A stretch of 64,000 nucleotides of DNA from assembly GCA_020184695.1 (NCBI GenBank), contig JAANOX010000104.1, positions 62,001-126,000 on the forward strand, given 5' to 3'. The position numbers and the translations under genes are program-made. Source of the stretch: Histomonas meleagridis 2922-C6/04-290x. Lineage: Eukaryota; Protista; Parabasalia. Below are positions 32,274 to 44,551 of the stretch, in pieces. How positions within the stretch are numbered: position 1 is the first letter of the stretch; each line of letters opens with the position of its first letter. The notes under the pieces were generated by a model. The model saw only the letters and a list, made by a program, of their open reading frames with translations. It was not told where the DNA came from and did not search any database.

Positions 32274-35180
32274 ATGAATGTTAATTTGGTAATAATATTT
32301 ATAATACAAACATATGAATTATTCAATAATACAGAGAAAATACTTACAATAACAACAGAAAATGAATTTACAAATGAATATAAGAATGATGCATTGCATG
32401 TAATAATAGAAAATAGTATCACAAAAATACCACAATATGCTTTTTATAAATGGCTTAATCTGATTTCAGTAGAAATAGGGAATTCAGTTACTTTAATCGA
32501 GAGTTTTGCATTTAATCAATGTGAAATGCTATCAAAAGTTACTTTTGGTGAAAATATTACTGAAATTGGTGAATGTGCTTTTACTTGGTGCTATTCTCTT
32601 CGAACAATTAAAATTCCAAATTTAGTTACTTCAATTAGTATTTGTTTATTCAAAGAATGTAAAAAATTAATAGAAGTTATTTTGAGTGAAAATATTATTA
32701 CTATTGATGAGAATGCATTTGATTACTGTATTTCTCTTGAAAAAATTGAAATTCCAAACTTAGTTACTTCAATTAATGATTATGCATTTAAAGAATGCTG
32801 TAAATTATCAAATATCACTTTCGGTGAGAATGTTATTACAATTGGAAGTTATGCATTTTTTTGGTGTATTTCTCTTGAAGTATTTGAAATTCCAAGATTA
32901 GTTACTTCAATTAGTAAAGGATTATTCAATGGATGTTCTATGTTATCGGAAATTTATTCCGGAGCAAATATTACTGAAATTGGAAGTTATGCATTTTTTT
33001 GGTGTATTTCTCTTGAAGTATTTGAAATTCCAAGATTAGTTACTTCAATTAATCAAAATGTGTTTGAAAGATGTTCGAAATTATCAGAAATTACTCTAAA
33101 TAATAAGATTACAACAATTGGAAACAAAGCTTTTTATTATTGCATTTCCCTTGGGTGTGTTAATATCCCTGATTCAGTCACTCTAATTGATGAAGCAGCA
33201 TTTCTTAAATGTGAAAATTTATCACAAATTACTTTTGGTATGAACGTAATTACGATTGGTGGGCATGCATTTGGTTGGTGTGTTTCTCTTACAAAAATTG
33301 AAATTCCAAATTTGGTTACATTAATTAATGAATCAGCATTTGAAAGTTGCTCTATGTTATCAGATATTATTCTTGGTGATAATATTAAAACAATAGGAAA
33401 ACATGCATTTTCTTATTGTGTTTCTCTTGAAAGAATTAAAATCCCAAATTCAGTTACATCTATTGATAAAGCAGTGTTTGCAGGATGTTCCAATTTGTTA
33501 GAAGTTATTCTCAGTGAAGTTATCACATTAATTTTTAATTATGAATTTTATCAATGTTTTTCTTTGAAAACTATTAAAATTCCTAAATCAGTAACTATAA
33601 TTGGTGAAGGTGCTTTTGAAGAATGTTCTGATTTATTAGATGTTAATCTTGACGAAAATATTATTTCAATTAATAAGTTCGCTTTTACTCTTTGTATTTC
33701 TCTTAAGAATATTAAAATTCCAAATTCTTTAACCATAATTAATGAAGCTGTTTTTAAAGAATGTTCTAGTTTATCAGAAGTAATTATTGGAGAAAATATT
33801 AATATAATTGGAAAGTTTGCGTTTACTCTATGCATTTCTCTTAAGAATATTAGAATTCCAAATTCAGTAAATAAAATCGAAAGAGGCGCTTTTATGAAAT
33901 GTTATAATTTAAAAGAGGTTATAATCGATGAAAATGTGGTTATAATAGAAAAATATGCATTTGATCAATGCACTTCTCTTGTTTGTATTTATTATTTTGG
34001 ACAAACAGAACCAGAAATTAATGAATTAGCATTTAGTGGTGTAATAGCACAATATGTAATGACATTATATTCATATAATTCAACAAAATTCGGATCATTA
34101 AATGTATCTGTTGGAAGAATTATAGACGATTGCTTTCCACAGCCAATAACGTCAAATATACAATCAAAGACATTTGCACTCCCAAATAATGTTTCTCAAT
34201 CAAATCCATCAGCAAAACCAAATAATTCAACGAAATCAAATCCATCAGCAAAATCAAACACACTGGCAAAAACAAGTCAAACATCTCATACAAATCCATC
34301 AGCAAAATCAAATAATTCAACGAAATCAAATCCATCAGCAAAAACAAGTCAAACATCTCATACAAATCCATCAGGAAAATCAAATAATTCAACGAAATCA
34401 AACACACCGGCAAAAACAAGTCAAACATCTCATACAAATCCATCAGCAAAAACAAGTCAAGCATCTCATACAAATCCATCAGGAAAATCAAATAATTCAA
34501 CGAAATCAAACACACCGGCAAAAACAAGTCAAACATCTCATACAAATCCATCAGCAAAAACAAGTCAAACATCTCATATAAATCCATCAGGAAAATCAAA
34601 TAATTCAACGAAATCAAACACACCGGCAAAAACAAGTCAAACATCTCATATAAATCCATCAGGAAAATCAAATAATTCAACGAAATCAAACACACCGGCA
34701 AAAACAAGTCAAACATCTCATACAAATCCATCAGCAAAAACAAGTCAAACATCTCATACAAATCCATCAGGAAAATCAAATAATTCAACGAAATCAAATC
34801 CATCAGCAAAAACAAGTCAAACATCTCATACAAATCCATCAGGAAAAACAAGTCAAACATCTCATACAAATCCATCAGCAAAATCAAATAATTCAACGAA
34901 ATCAAATCCATCAGCAAAAACAAGTCAAACATCTCATACAAATCCATCAACAAAATCAAATAATACATCGCAATCAAATAAATGTATAAAATCTAATGTA
35001 TCTCATCCAAATAAATTTACACCAAAAGTACCCACAAAATCAAACTCTAATTCATCAAACGCAACAAAGATTATTATTTGTATCTCTGCACCTGTTATAA
35101 CTATAATTTTTCTAATAATTCCTTTAATAATTACAAAATTTCGCTTACGAAGAAATCAAAGTATCTTAGAAGAATATTAA
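32274..35180 (+). CDS. BspA-like leucine-rich repeat (LRR_5/TpLRR) surface protein with S/T/N-rich stalk and C-terminal TM helix
   Basis: About 25 repeats of type IxIPNxVTxIxxxAFxxCxxL; hydrophobic IIICISAPVITIIFLIIPLII; first ATG at 32274. Confidence 0.92.
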   Translation: MNVNLVIIFIIQTYELFNNTEKILTITTENEFTNEYKNDALHVIIENSITKIPQYAFYKWLNLISVEIGNSVTLIESFAFNQCEMLSKVTFGENITEIGECAFTWCYSLRTIKIPNLVTSISICLFKECKKLIEVILSENIITIDENAFDYCISLEKIEIPNLVTSINDYAFKECCKLSNITFGENVITIGSYAFFWCISLEVFEIPRLVTSISKGLFNGCSMLSEIYSGANITEIGSYAFFWCISLEVFEIPRLVTSINQNVFERCSKLSEITLNNKITTIGNKAFYYCISLGCVNIPDSVTLIDEAAFLKCENLSQITFGMNVITIGGHAFGWCVSLTKIEIPNLVTLINESAFESCSMLSDIILGDNIKTIGKHAFSYCVSLERIKIPNSVTSIDKAVFAGCSNLLEVILSEVITLIFNYEFYQCFSLKTIKIPKSVTIIGEGAFEECSDLLDVNLDENIISINKFAFTLCISLKNIKIPNSLTIINEAVFKECSSLSEVIIGENINIIGKFAFTLCISLKNIRIPNSVNKIERGAFMKCYNLKEVIIDENVVIIEKYAFDQCTSLVCIYYFGQTEPEINELAFSGVIAQYVMTLYSYNSTKFGSLNVSVGRIIDDCFPQPITSNIQSKTFALPNNVSQSNPSAKPNNSTKSNPSAKSNTLAKTSQTSHTNPSAKSNNSTKSNPSAKTSQTSHTNPSGKSNNSTKSNTPAKTSQTSHTNPSAKTSQASHTNPSGKSNNSTKSNTPAKTSQTSHTNPSAKTSQTSHINPSGKSNNSTKSNTPAKTSQTSHINPSGKSNNSTKSNTPAKTSQTSHTNPSAKTSQTSHTNPSGKSNNSTKSNPSAKTSQTSHTNPSGKTSQTSHTNPSAKSNNSTKSNPSAKTSQTSHTNPSTKSNNTSQSNKCIKSNVSHPNKFTPKVPTKSNSNSSNATKIIICISAPVITIIFLIIPLIITKFRLRRNQSILEEY
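34195..34955 (+). repeat. Modular 18-bp minisatellite (SNPSAK / SNNSTK / TSQTSH / TNPSGK units)
   Basis: In-frame mosaic of 6-aa units in the BspA stalk. Confidence 0.9.
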
Positions 35181-35193
35181 TAAAAATATTTAT

Positions 35194-38100
35194 TTACATT
35201 TTATTTTCTTTTTGTAATTTCTTACAATATTTAATGATTTTCATATTTCGCTTAATTTTCGCATCTTTTAATGATTGCTCAATTTCATTTTCAAGTCCAT
35301 TATTTAATGCCAATAGCATTGCTTCTTCATCCAAATTAATCCATTTCAACATTTTATAATTCGTTTTGGATTCATTTATATTAATCAACAAATTTTTTAA
35401 TATTTTTTGATTTTCCGAATTTTGTGTTAAGATCAATGAAAGCGCTTCAATTAAATTATTCGCATTTTCAGTTTCAAGTTTTGGAATCACATTTAACAAA
35501 AATTTTCCAAAATCGTAACTTAATGATTGGCCGAAATATGCCGCGGCTTCAATCATTACGTCGTCGACGTTTACGTTTAAAATTCGAATTAGATCGAATC
35601 CATTTTTATAATCGCCGTTCACAAATAATTTCGAAATTCTTTTTACTAAATTTACATTCGGATCGAACAATGAAATTTCGAATCCGATTTTTTGTTGATA
35701 AGTATAAACCAAACATAAGTCATCCAAATCTTTACGATGACCTTTTGGTATTATATTTATCGGTAACAAATATTTCGTATCACTATTTTTTATTAATTTT
35801 AATGATGATATTAATGTTTGTTTTAATCCGATTATGAAATCGAAAAGTTTTTCTTTACTTTGATTCCTTAATTCGGAATTAGGAAATATAAAAATCGTTT
35901 GTTTTAATGGATTATCAATACAATAAATTACTAAAAGTAATATGAAATAAATACAATTATTATTATTTAATATATTTAATAATAAATGTAATGAATCATT
36001 AGTTAATATATTAAATAATTTAAAGATTTTCGATTTAGATAAATATTTTGTTGTAACTTTTATTAATTCATTTTCATCATTAATTTGTAATGTTAAATTT
36101 TTATTATTAGAAATGTTTTTAGGTGTTAATGAAAATGATAATGTTTCAGTTATCGATGTATCAATATCATTTTGAACTCTTAAGAAACTCGAATTAATAT
36201 CAAAAAAGATAAAATCAGGTGGAACATAATTCACAAATTCAATGAAATTCGAATTAAAATTATTTTTATAAAAACTTAATATGTTATCATCATAATCAAA
36301 TGAATACAAATTTTTCGAATTTTTATTATTTTTATTTTCTATTTTAAGCTCAAATGGAATATTTATATTAAATTTCAATGTTTTCTCATTATTCGTTTTA
36401 TTACAATTAAAAATACCAAAAAAGTTATAACAATTTTCAATTTTTAATTTCGTTGTATCAGAAATATGAATATTATTTTGTTCTAATAAATTAATTACAT
36501 TTTTTTGATCATATAATTCCGAAATATCTCTTAACTCTTGAATGTTATTACCCGAATAAATAATTTTATTTTTATGATATAACAAATTATGTGTAAATTC
36601 ATTTAATATTTTATATATTAATGAATTCGATGCAAATTTTTTCATTTTCGTTAAGTAATGAAGAATTTGTATTTCTTTTTCTTCCGAATCAATTATAAAT
36701 TTCGATAAAATTTCTTCAATTAATTTATTCTCATTATTCGAATATGAAATTAATTTTAATGATTTTGGTAAATTTTTAATAATTGCAAATGTTAAATCTA
36801 AATCATTTATTAGTTTTGATAATGAATACCCACAATCATATGAATAATTTATTCCAATGTCAATTATCATTTCAGATAATATTTCATTATTTATATTCGA
36901 AAAATTATTTTTTATATGTTTTAATACAAAACTTTTTTCTTCTTCTTTATTACAAAATATATTTGAATTTCGTATAAATATTAAAATTTTACAAAAGTTT
37001 TGTATCAATTTAATTATATCTTTACCAATAATATGATTTTGTAAATGATATATCGAAAGTAAATGAAATTTCTCAGGAAAATTAAAGACAAAATCAAAAT
37101 TAGGAATTAATTTCATTAAATAACTCCATTGTTTACACACAATTTCTATTTCATTTTTATTATTAGTTATATTTATGTTTTTAAGTTCAGTTAATTTTTG
37201 TGATAAAGGTATTAACGCTAAACTATTAATTGGTAAAAATGAAATATATGTTTCAATGAATTCGATACACCAATTTATAGGGAAATTATGAATTATCATT
37301 AATATTTCACTATAATATGGTTCTAAATCATATGAATATATTATATCATCAAGAATTCTCATTGAAGTTTCTTGATTTTTCGTTTGTTTAATGTTTTCTA
37401 TTATATTTTCTATTGTTTTATTTTGATTTTCTTGAAAATTATTTTCTAAATAACGTTTTACTATTTTAAAATTATTCAAATTATTTATTTCTTTTATTAT
37501 TTCATTATTAGAAATTCGATTTATTGAATATGGAATTGTTATTAATGGTTTCTCTTGAAGCATTTTATGTATTAACAAATTTTTTATTGATTTTTTAGAA
37601 CTAAAAATAAATTTTATTATGTCAATTTTAGTTTCATTAAATAAATATTCGACTTCTTGTATCGAATTTGATGAATTTATTATATCAAAAATTCGATTTT
37701 CAGGTGAAACTTTTAATGTTTCTTCAGTTGTAATAATTTGATATAACAAATTACAATATGATTTTAATTGTTTATTAGGAAAATTATATTTTATAATTTT
37801 CGAAATTCGTTTCTTCAATTCTATAATTGATTTAAATTGATTCAAATTGATGTTTTTCGGATATTTTTGTTTTTGATATAATATTTTTTGTATATAATTT
37901 TTATATTTTTCCGAATTTTCGATTTTGTTTACTAAAAATAAAAAGTTTCGATTTGATGAACATAAATCCAAAATGAAAATTTCTTTTTGTTCATTATCAT
38001 AATCATTTAAATATGTATTAATAAATGAAATAATTTCATCATTAATAATGTTTTCAATTTGATTTCCAAATTTCTCTAAAATATTTAATGAAAAAAGTTT

Positions 38101-39510
38101 CGATAATATGAAATTCGGAGGATTTCCAAATATTTCAATAATTTTATTTATTTGTGAAATTGATTTTAATGATTTTGTATAATAATAATTTTGTGGTAAC
38201 AAAACATTTTCAAATTTCGGCTCATTAAAAAGTAATTTTGCTATTTTAAACTTAAAAATTGCGTTTTTTAAATATTTATTTAATTCGTTTGGTACAATTT
38301 CATTATTTTTATTAATTTTCTTTAATAATTTATAAGATGTATTAAAATCGAAATAAAAGTTATTATCATTTTTATTCTTAATAAATAATATCGAAAACAA
38401 ATCAATGATTAAATTCGAAGGAATTAAATTAATATTTTTTTCTAAAATCAAATTTTTTATTATTATGAAATCTTGTATAAAATTATAATCAATTTCCCAA
38501 TTTTTCGTTGGGATAAATATAAATTCCGAATTACGTGGAAATGATTTTAATAATTCCGATGTAAATAATTCATCACCTAAAAGAAAAGGAATCGAATATT
38601 TTTGGATTTGTTCCCAATTATTCTTTCCATTTAAATCAAGTTTTTGTGATAACAATAAATAATTATGAATTTTAGATACTAAATCATTTGGTGGTAATGA
38701 TTTAATCGCTTGAAGTAATTGTTCTAATGGTGTTGTTGTCGATATTTGTAATAGAAATGATAATAATTGTAAATCAGGAAATAATTTTAAGGTTAATGCA
38801 AAGTTTTTATTAATGAAAAATTCATGTGATCGAATAGTGGAATTAATTAATTGAATATAATAATCTTTCATTAAACTGTCAAAATGTGTAGATAATGTTT
38901 GCGCAGAATATATTTGATTACTTTTGAAATTATTTAAAAGACCTTCAAAAAAAGTAAATAAATTGACCTTCGTTGAACATCGTTTTTCAAATATATACTC
39001 TAATATATCATCAAACGAATATTTGATATGTGGATAAAGTGAAATGGTTTGAGAAATAAAGGATATTGGAATCCCTGGATTATTTGTACATGCTATGATG
39101 AAAGTTAGTGCCTCAGAATATGTAAAAGATTTTAAAACATTAATAAATTCATAGGGAAATGTTTCTTGTAAATTTAAAATTCGATCTGAATATGAATGAG
39201 CATATGAAATTAGTTGCTCATGATTTGATAAATCAGGATGAATATTGGAATAATCAAATGGAACTGGAGGATTAATTTGTGTATTAAGAATAGAGTTAAT
39301 ATAACATTCTACACCCCATTTGAAAAGTATTTTGTTCGTTTCTTTAATTGGATCTGTAATTGAAAGTGATTGAAAAATGGATAATGTTGAAACTAAATCT
39401 TTGTTATCTGATTTGAATAACATCGAATTTTGGAATTGGCTCAGTGAGAGTTCTCTAATGAATTCAATGGGAATTTGTCTTTTTATATTAGGAAATAGAG
39501 TTGAATCCAT
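35194..39510 (-). CDS. Large helical hypothetical protein (C-terminus possibly ZFYVE26/spastizin-like)
   Basis: 1438-aa ORF; family call is a weak impression from the C-terminal region. Confidence 0.6.
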   Translation of the reverse strand: MDSTLFPNIKRQIPIEFIRELSLSQFQNSMLFKSDNKDLVSTLSIFQSLSITDPIKETNKILFKWGVECYINSILNTQINPPVPFDYSNIHPDLSNHEQLISYAHSYSDRILNLQETFPYEFINVLKSFTYSEALTFIIACTNNPGIPISFISQTISLYPHIKYSFDDILEYIFEKRCSTKVNLFTFFEGLLNNFKSNQIYSAQTLSTHFDSLMKDYYIQLINSTIRSHEFFINKNFALTLKLFPDLQLLSFLLQISTTTPLEQLLQAIKSLPPNDLVSKIHNYLLLSQKLDLNGKNNWEQIQKYSIPFLLGDELFTSELLKSFPRNSEFIFIPTKNWEIDYNFIQDFIIIKNLILEKNINLIPSNLIIDLFSILFIKNKNDNNFYFDFNTSYKLLKKINKNNEIVPNELNKYLKNAIFKFKIAKLLFNEPKFENVLLPQNYYYTKSLKSISQINKIIEIFGNPPNFILSKLFSLNILEKFGNQIENIINDEIISFINTYLNDYDNEQKEIFILDLCSSNRNFLFLVNKIENSEKYKNYIQKILYQKQKYPKNINLNQFKSIIELKKRISKIIKYNFPNKQLKSYCNLLYQIITTEETLKVSPENRIFDIINSSNSIQEVEYLFNETKIDIIKFIFSSKKSIKNLLIHKMLQEKPLITIPYSINRISNNEIIKEINNLNNFKIVKRYLENNFQENQNKTIENIIENIKQTKNQETSMRILDDIIYSYDLEPYYSEILMIIHNFPINWCIEFIETYISFLPINSLALIPLSQKLTELKNINITNNKNEIEIVCKQWSYLMKLIPNFDFVFNFPEKFHLLSIYHLQNHIIGKDIIKLIQNFCKILIFIRNSNIFCNKEEEKSFVLKHIKNNFSNINNEILSEMIIDIGINYSYDCGYSLSKLINDLDLTFAIIKNLPKSLKLISYSNNENKLIEEILSKFIIDSEEKEIQILHYLTKMKKFASNSLIYKILNEFTHNLLYHKNKIIYSGNNIQELRDISELYDQKNVINLLEQNNIHISDTTKLKIENCYNFFGIFNCNKTNNEKTLKFNINIPFELKIENKNNKNSKNLYSFDYDDNILSFYKNNFNSNFIEFVNYVPPDFIFFDINSSFLRVQNDIDTSITETLSFSLTPKNISNNKNLTLQINDENELIKVTTKYLSKSKIFKLFNILTNDSLHLLLNILNNNNCIYFILLLVIYCIDNPLKQTIFIFPNSELRNQSKEKLFDFIIGLKQTLISSLKLIKNSDTKYLLPINIIPKGHRKDLDDLCLVYTYQQKIGFEISLFDPNVNLVKRISKLFVNGDYKNGFDLIRILNVNVDDVMIEAAAYFGQSLSYDFGKFLLNVIPKLETENANNLIEALSLILTQNSENQKILKNLLININESKTNYKMLKWINLDEEAMLLALNNGLENEIEQSLKDAKIKRNMKIIKYCKKLQKENKM

Positions 39511-39833
39511 TTCCTTCGTATTCTATCGTAATTATCTATAATACATTTACTCATACATTGAAAACCTTTCTCTTAGATTAGCAGCACTTTTCGATCTGTT
39601 TTAAAGTGAAACCGATACTGCTGATTTTTTTCACATGTATTAGACTTAATAATTCAAATTAGAACAATAAATTAAAACATAAAATAAAGACAATTTTTAA
39701 AGTAGAAAATTCATATTGATTATTAATTAGATTATCAATAACAAAATTTTGGTGTAATGCAATGATGACATACACTTAAGAAGAATGAGTATTAAACAAA
39801 CAATTCATAGATCAATTTAAAAGAAATTGTTTA

Positions 39834-42785
39834 CTAACTTTTCAAAAAACTTTTGAAATCCTCTTCGTCTTGCTTTGTAATAGCTAGTTTTGGATCTTGA
39901 AAAATACATCTAGCTGCATATCTTATTGATGCAACACACCTTGGACCATATCTATCAAAGTCAGTGTCAGCTGCATGAATTGGTAGGTAGCGATTTAAAT
40001 CTGATTTTAACATAGAATGTAACCACATTTCCAACTTGAAAGTATACCTTACAACTTTCCATTCTGAAAAGTAATCATTTGATAAAATTAAAACATAAGT
40101 AAACTTACTTGATTTTAATTGTAATTTTTCTTTTTCTTTTATTGAAGTAATATATCCTATATTATATCTTTCATTTATTGCCTTTTCTATCGAGTTGAGT
40201 TCATTTTGACTAATATTTCTTACATACAAAACATTAACCGTATACCCACTTAATGTTGTTGATCTTCTTTTATTATATCTTTCGAATCTTCGTAAGTTAT
40301 TTCTAATATTAATATTCTTATACAATAAAAACTTTGAGTTACTGCTTGAAAATTGAACGCCAAATATTGCTTGGAATAAGTACATGGAATTATGATTTGG
40401 TTGTTCAAAGAATACATACGAAACTTGATAATTAGAAATAGATGAAATATTCGAAAGACTTAATATTTCAACATTGTAAAGATCTCTAAAATAAATTTTA
40501 GGATATAAAGTTGTTATTAAATTGCTTTCAATTTGATTTGCTTTTTTCAAATGATTATTAATTTTATTATTATAAATAATTCGTGGAATTGAAAATGCTA
40601 ATCCAATTAATGGAACAAATGATAATATAGTAACAGCAGTGCCTGAAGCACCTTCATATAACCATTTCATGCCATTAAGTTCTTTTCCTTCCTGCATAAA
40701 TTCTGTCCAGTTTTTATCGTTAGCTTTTATATATGATAATAAATCATGAAGAATTTCATTAGAATATTGCTGAAAGTCTAAAAATGAAATATCTTCATTG
40801 CCAAGAATATATGGTAATACATAACGTGTAGTCATAATAAATATTGTATTTATAGTTTGATGAATTGATTCTACATTATAATCATTAAAAAAAGATTTCA
40901 TTAGAAGTAATGAAATATATTGATTAAGAGTTAAACTACATGCACAACACAATTTAAGTGAGCGATTAAGATTATTCGGAATCCTTTCATTCTGAAAATT
41001 AAGGATTTTATTCCGTACTTCAATATAAAATTCATCAAACAATGAAATAATTCCATATCTAAGAAAATTAAAACATTCATTTACATTCATTTGATTTGTT
41101 GTTGCTGTTAAAATAAAATATAATGATTGATAAACAGTGTTAACATAAACGTTGAAATTATTTCGATAATCTCCAAGTGGAAGTGGATGAAGAGAATTTG
41201 GTGCATAATATTCTTTAGCTATTTGATGTTGTTCCCACCATACACTTTGAAATCCCTTTATATTCTCCAAATATTCATCTGGATCGCTATTATTTAATAC
41301 AATGTTCAAGTCTGCTTTATATTTCTTTACAAGAAAATATACTTTTGATAATGGTAGAGATGATGAAAGTTGAGCACGTCGAATAGTTGTTAAAACAGTT
41401 TTCATACTATCAACACTATCATTAAAATCAGAAATTGTCAAACAAACAGTAGAAACCGATGTAAATAATGCATTTGTTTTATCAAGAACATTTTTAAGTT
41501 GCATTTCATATTGTTCATCTCCAATTCCTTGAGAATCAATAAAAAATATTGCAGTTTCCTTATTGATTTTAGATTTTGTAATAAGAGAATTACATTTGCC
41601 AATAAGTTCACCATATACCGGTTCATCATCTTTTTCAATAGAAGCTATTCTATTAATTAAATCAGATCTAAGATATGGTCCATCAATCAATAATCCTTGT
41701 GTTTGACTTGCCGTTCCTTGTCCAGCATAATATGCAGAATTCCCTGTTAGTGTCTGTAAATACGTAGATTTTCCAGTTTGATATTTACCATATAACATTA
41801 CGACCACAACTGGTCTATTACCTGCTCTTTTAAGAATTTCTTCTAATTTATCGACTTTTACAATTTCTTTTTTCCATTGATTTGGTTCATTTAATATTGG
41901 TTCTGGAATCAAAAAATTTATCATAGGACAGCGATCATTAGAAATTATGTATTGCTTGTATGTATCAACTTCCGCTACATTAATAGAAAGTGATTCATAC
42001 TCTGATTTTATCTTTTTAAAAATTTTTTTGAAATTTGGTCTTTCCTTTGGATCTAGAGAAAGACATTTTTGAATTAATTTAGCAAAAAACTTAATATTAG
42101 TTAGTTCAGGAAGAATGTTATTTTTCTTTTTTCTTATAATTTCAAAAGTACTAAGTCCGGTATAAGGCATTTTGCCAGTTAATATTTCGTTCATGAGTAA
42201 GCCAAAAGAATAAACATCAACTTCTTTTGTATAATTATTTCCTTCAAAAATTTCTGGAGCAATATAAACTAATGTTCCAATATGTGTTGACATTAACTCA
42301 TTTTGTGGAACTGTTCTGGAAATATCAAAGTCAGTTATTATCGGTCGGTATTGACTATCCACCAAGATATTATCAACTTTGAGATCACGATGACATATCT
42401 TTAATTTATGAAGGTATTCCATACCTGCTGCAATACCAAGTATTAGTATAACTTTATGTGTTAAGTTCCACTCATGTGGTGGTTTCTGAATTACATTTCT
42501 TAGAGAACCATGTTCTTGAAAAGGTGTAATTAAAAGCGAATCCTTGTAGTTACCAGTGTCGTAAAACCCAACAACTGTTTGAATACAAGGATGTGAGCAC
42601 ATGCATAAAAACTTATATTCATCTTTAAGAGAATTGTATGCACTTTAACTTTTGGCCTTTTTCATTGCTACATATTGTGATGTACTTTTGATAATACCTT
42701 TATCAATAACACCAAATCCGCCTTGACTAATTGCCTTTTTAACAATTTCAAAATTGTCTAGACTTCTTAGTTGATGCTTTTCCAT
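39834..42785 (-). CDS. TKL-type protein kinase fused to a GBP/atlastin-like P-loop GTPase; one in-frame TAA at 42645-42647
   Basis: SQGGFG and VAMK upstream of the stop, same frame continues to HRDLKVDN, DFD, APE; then GKYQTGKST and DSQG GTPase motifs. Confidence 0.75.
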
Positions 42786-43777
42786 TCTTACTCTAAGTTG
42801 CTGGGAAAATTTATTAGCTTTATTCATCTTCCTTAATGTAATAAAAATAATGAATGAAAAATGCCAAGCAATTATATCTGGCATTTTTATATTCATGGTT
42901 TTTCAACGCTGATAATTCGATCAAATCAAATAGCCATGTTACAGACATTGTTGTTGAAGGAATAATTGTCAAAAATGAGTTGATTGAATAGATGATTGAA
43001 TTGCTATATTGAATTTTTTTGGTGTTTCAATCAAACGTCAACATGAAATTTCATTCAAGAAGCTTCTTGTCAAAAAGTGGATAAAAACTATTTGAGTTGG
43101 AATCATAATGCATTAAACTTGATAAAATGTTTGCGTCATCCATATTACAACAATATTGTGTTTCACCAAAATTCAATTAGGATCCGTTTTTCTCGTATCG
43201 GACAAAATGAACGGGTTAAATTTTCCAAATTTCTAACAAAATCAATATCTGTGTAATTTAACACAGGTAAACCTAAACATCATCATTAAAAATGGTATAT
43301 TAATATAATTATGATATTTTCTAATGTTATTCCATTCATCGTAACCATTTCTACTTTTCACAAATATAATATTTTAATTCGCCTAGACCTTTTTTTAGAT
43401 AAAAATATTCCTATGTCAGAAATTTTATTAAAATTTTGTACACTCTTGATGAAATCAATACCCAACCAATAACAAAAACTTTTGTGAAAAAATTTCTAAC
43501 ACACTGTGGTGCTTGCACAAAAAATCCCATTAGCCTAGAAAAAACTGAACATTATTGCAATAATAATTAATTGAACAATTTTTATGCATAATTACCGATC
43601 AGTGGGCATTTCCAGAATGCAGTGATCATAAATTCCATCTAATTTTAATAGATGAATAAACATCATTATATTTGCGCGTGATTTAACATTTTTGTGCTAA
43701 AACAAATGGGTTCAAGCATAATCAAAATCATAAAGAATGAATAAATACAAATTAATATAATTTAAGTTAATTGCTTT

Positions 43778-44338
43778 TTATACGTGGTAGAGCCTAGACT
43801 TCCTGCGGCCGCGTGCCATTTCGAATTTACGACCATGAGCACGAACTTTTGGACGAGACTTGCTATTATCATCACCAGGAGCAGCACCAAAATGCTTGCA
43901 TGCTTCACGGCGTTTGCGATCACCTTCAAGAAGAAGGCATTTTTCACCTGTTGGGCGAAGTTGTGCAAGTTGGTCAAATGTGATGATCTCGCCACCTGCA
44001 GCAAGAATTCTAGCACGTGCTGTCTCAGAGAACTTAAGAGCAGCAACTTTCATCTTAGGAACAACCAAAAGGCGTTCATCATTAACAATCTTTGCTACGA
44101 CTACAGCAATTGTATCAGCATCTTTGCCTTGAAGAGCAACAGCGAGACGAGAAACTGAATATGGACGTCTATTTGTGTTCGAAAGACAAAGACGATGTGC
44201 AATCTTCTTATTGAAATCATTTCCAGTACGTTGTGCGAGGTAGCTATATAATCTGAATAACATTCTGAGCTGAACATTTTTCGACTTGGGCTCGCGCCTC
44301 ATTTTCTTTGGCACTCTATGATCCAAATCCACGCCCAT
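43778..44338 (-). CDS. RPL18: 60S ribosomal protein eL18
   Basis: MGVDL...RREPKSKNVQLRMLFRLYSYLA...RARILAAGGE...KFEMARGRRKSR. Confidence 0.97.
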   Translation of the reverse strand: MGVDLDHRVPKKMRREPKSKNVQLRMLFRLYSYLAQRTGNDFNKKIAHRLCLSNTNRRPYSVSRLAVALQGKDADTIAVVVAKIVNDERLLVVPKMKVAALKFSETARARILAAGGEIITFDQLAQLRPTGEKCLLLEGDRKRREACKHFGAAPGDDNSKSRPKVRAHGRKFEMARGRRKSRLYHV

Positions 44339-44350
44339 TACTTATAATAA

Positions 44351-44356
44351 AAGTGA
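44351..44356 (-). promoter_or_regulatory. Inr-like motif TCACTT upstream of RPL18
   Basis: TCACTT ends 12 nt before the ATG on the minus strand. Confidence 0.5.
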
Positions 44357-44551
44357 ACTGAAGTCTCCATTCAATTATAGACAAGGTCTGTTTGGTCCAA
44401 CAACATGGAGACCGTTTAAAATGCATTTTAAATTTTGATTGAAAGGAAAATTATCGTCAAAATCTTCGAGTATTGAAAATAATGTAAAACATTCAAAAAT
44501 AAAATGCCCATAATTTAAGATATCAAATGATGGTCATTTTTTTTATTTTTA

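Noticed and set aside
34120-34977. Antisense 285-aa and alternative-frame 135-aa repeat ORFs
   Set aside because: Shadows of the BspA stalk minisatellite.
43762-44158. Overlapping ORFs on both strands at RPL18
   Set aside because: Shadow ORFs of a GC-richer, highly expressed gene.
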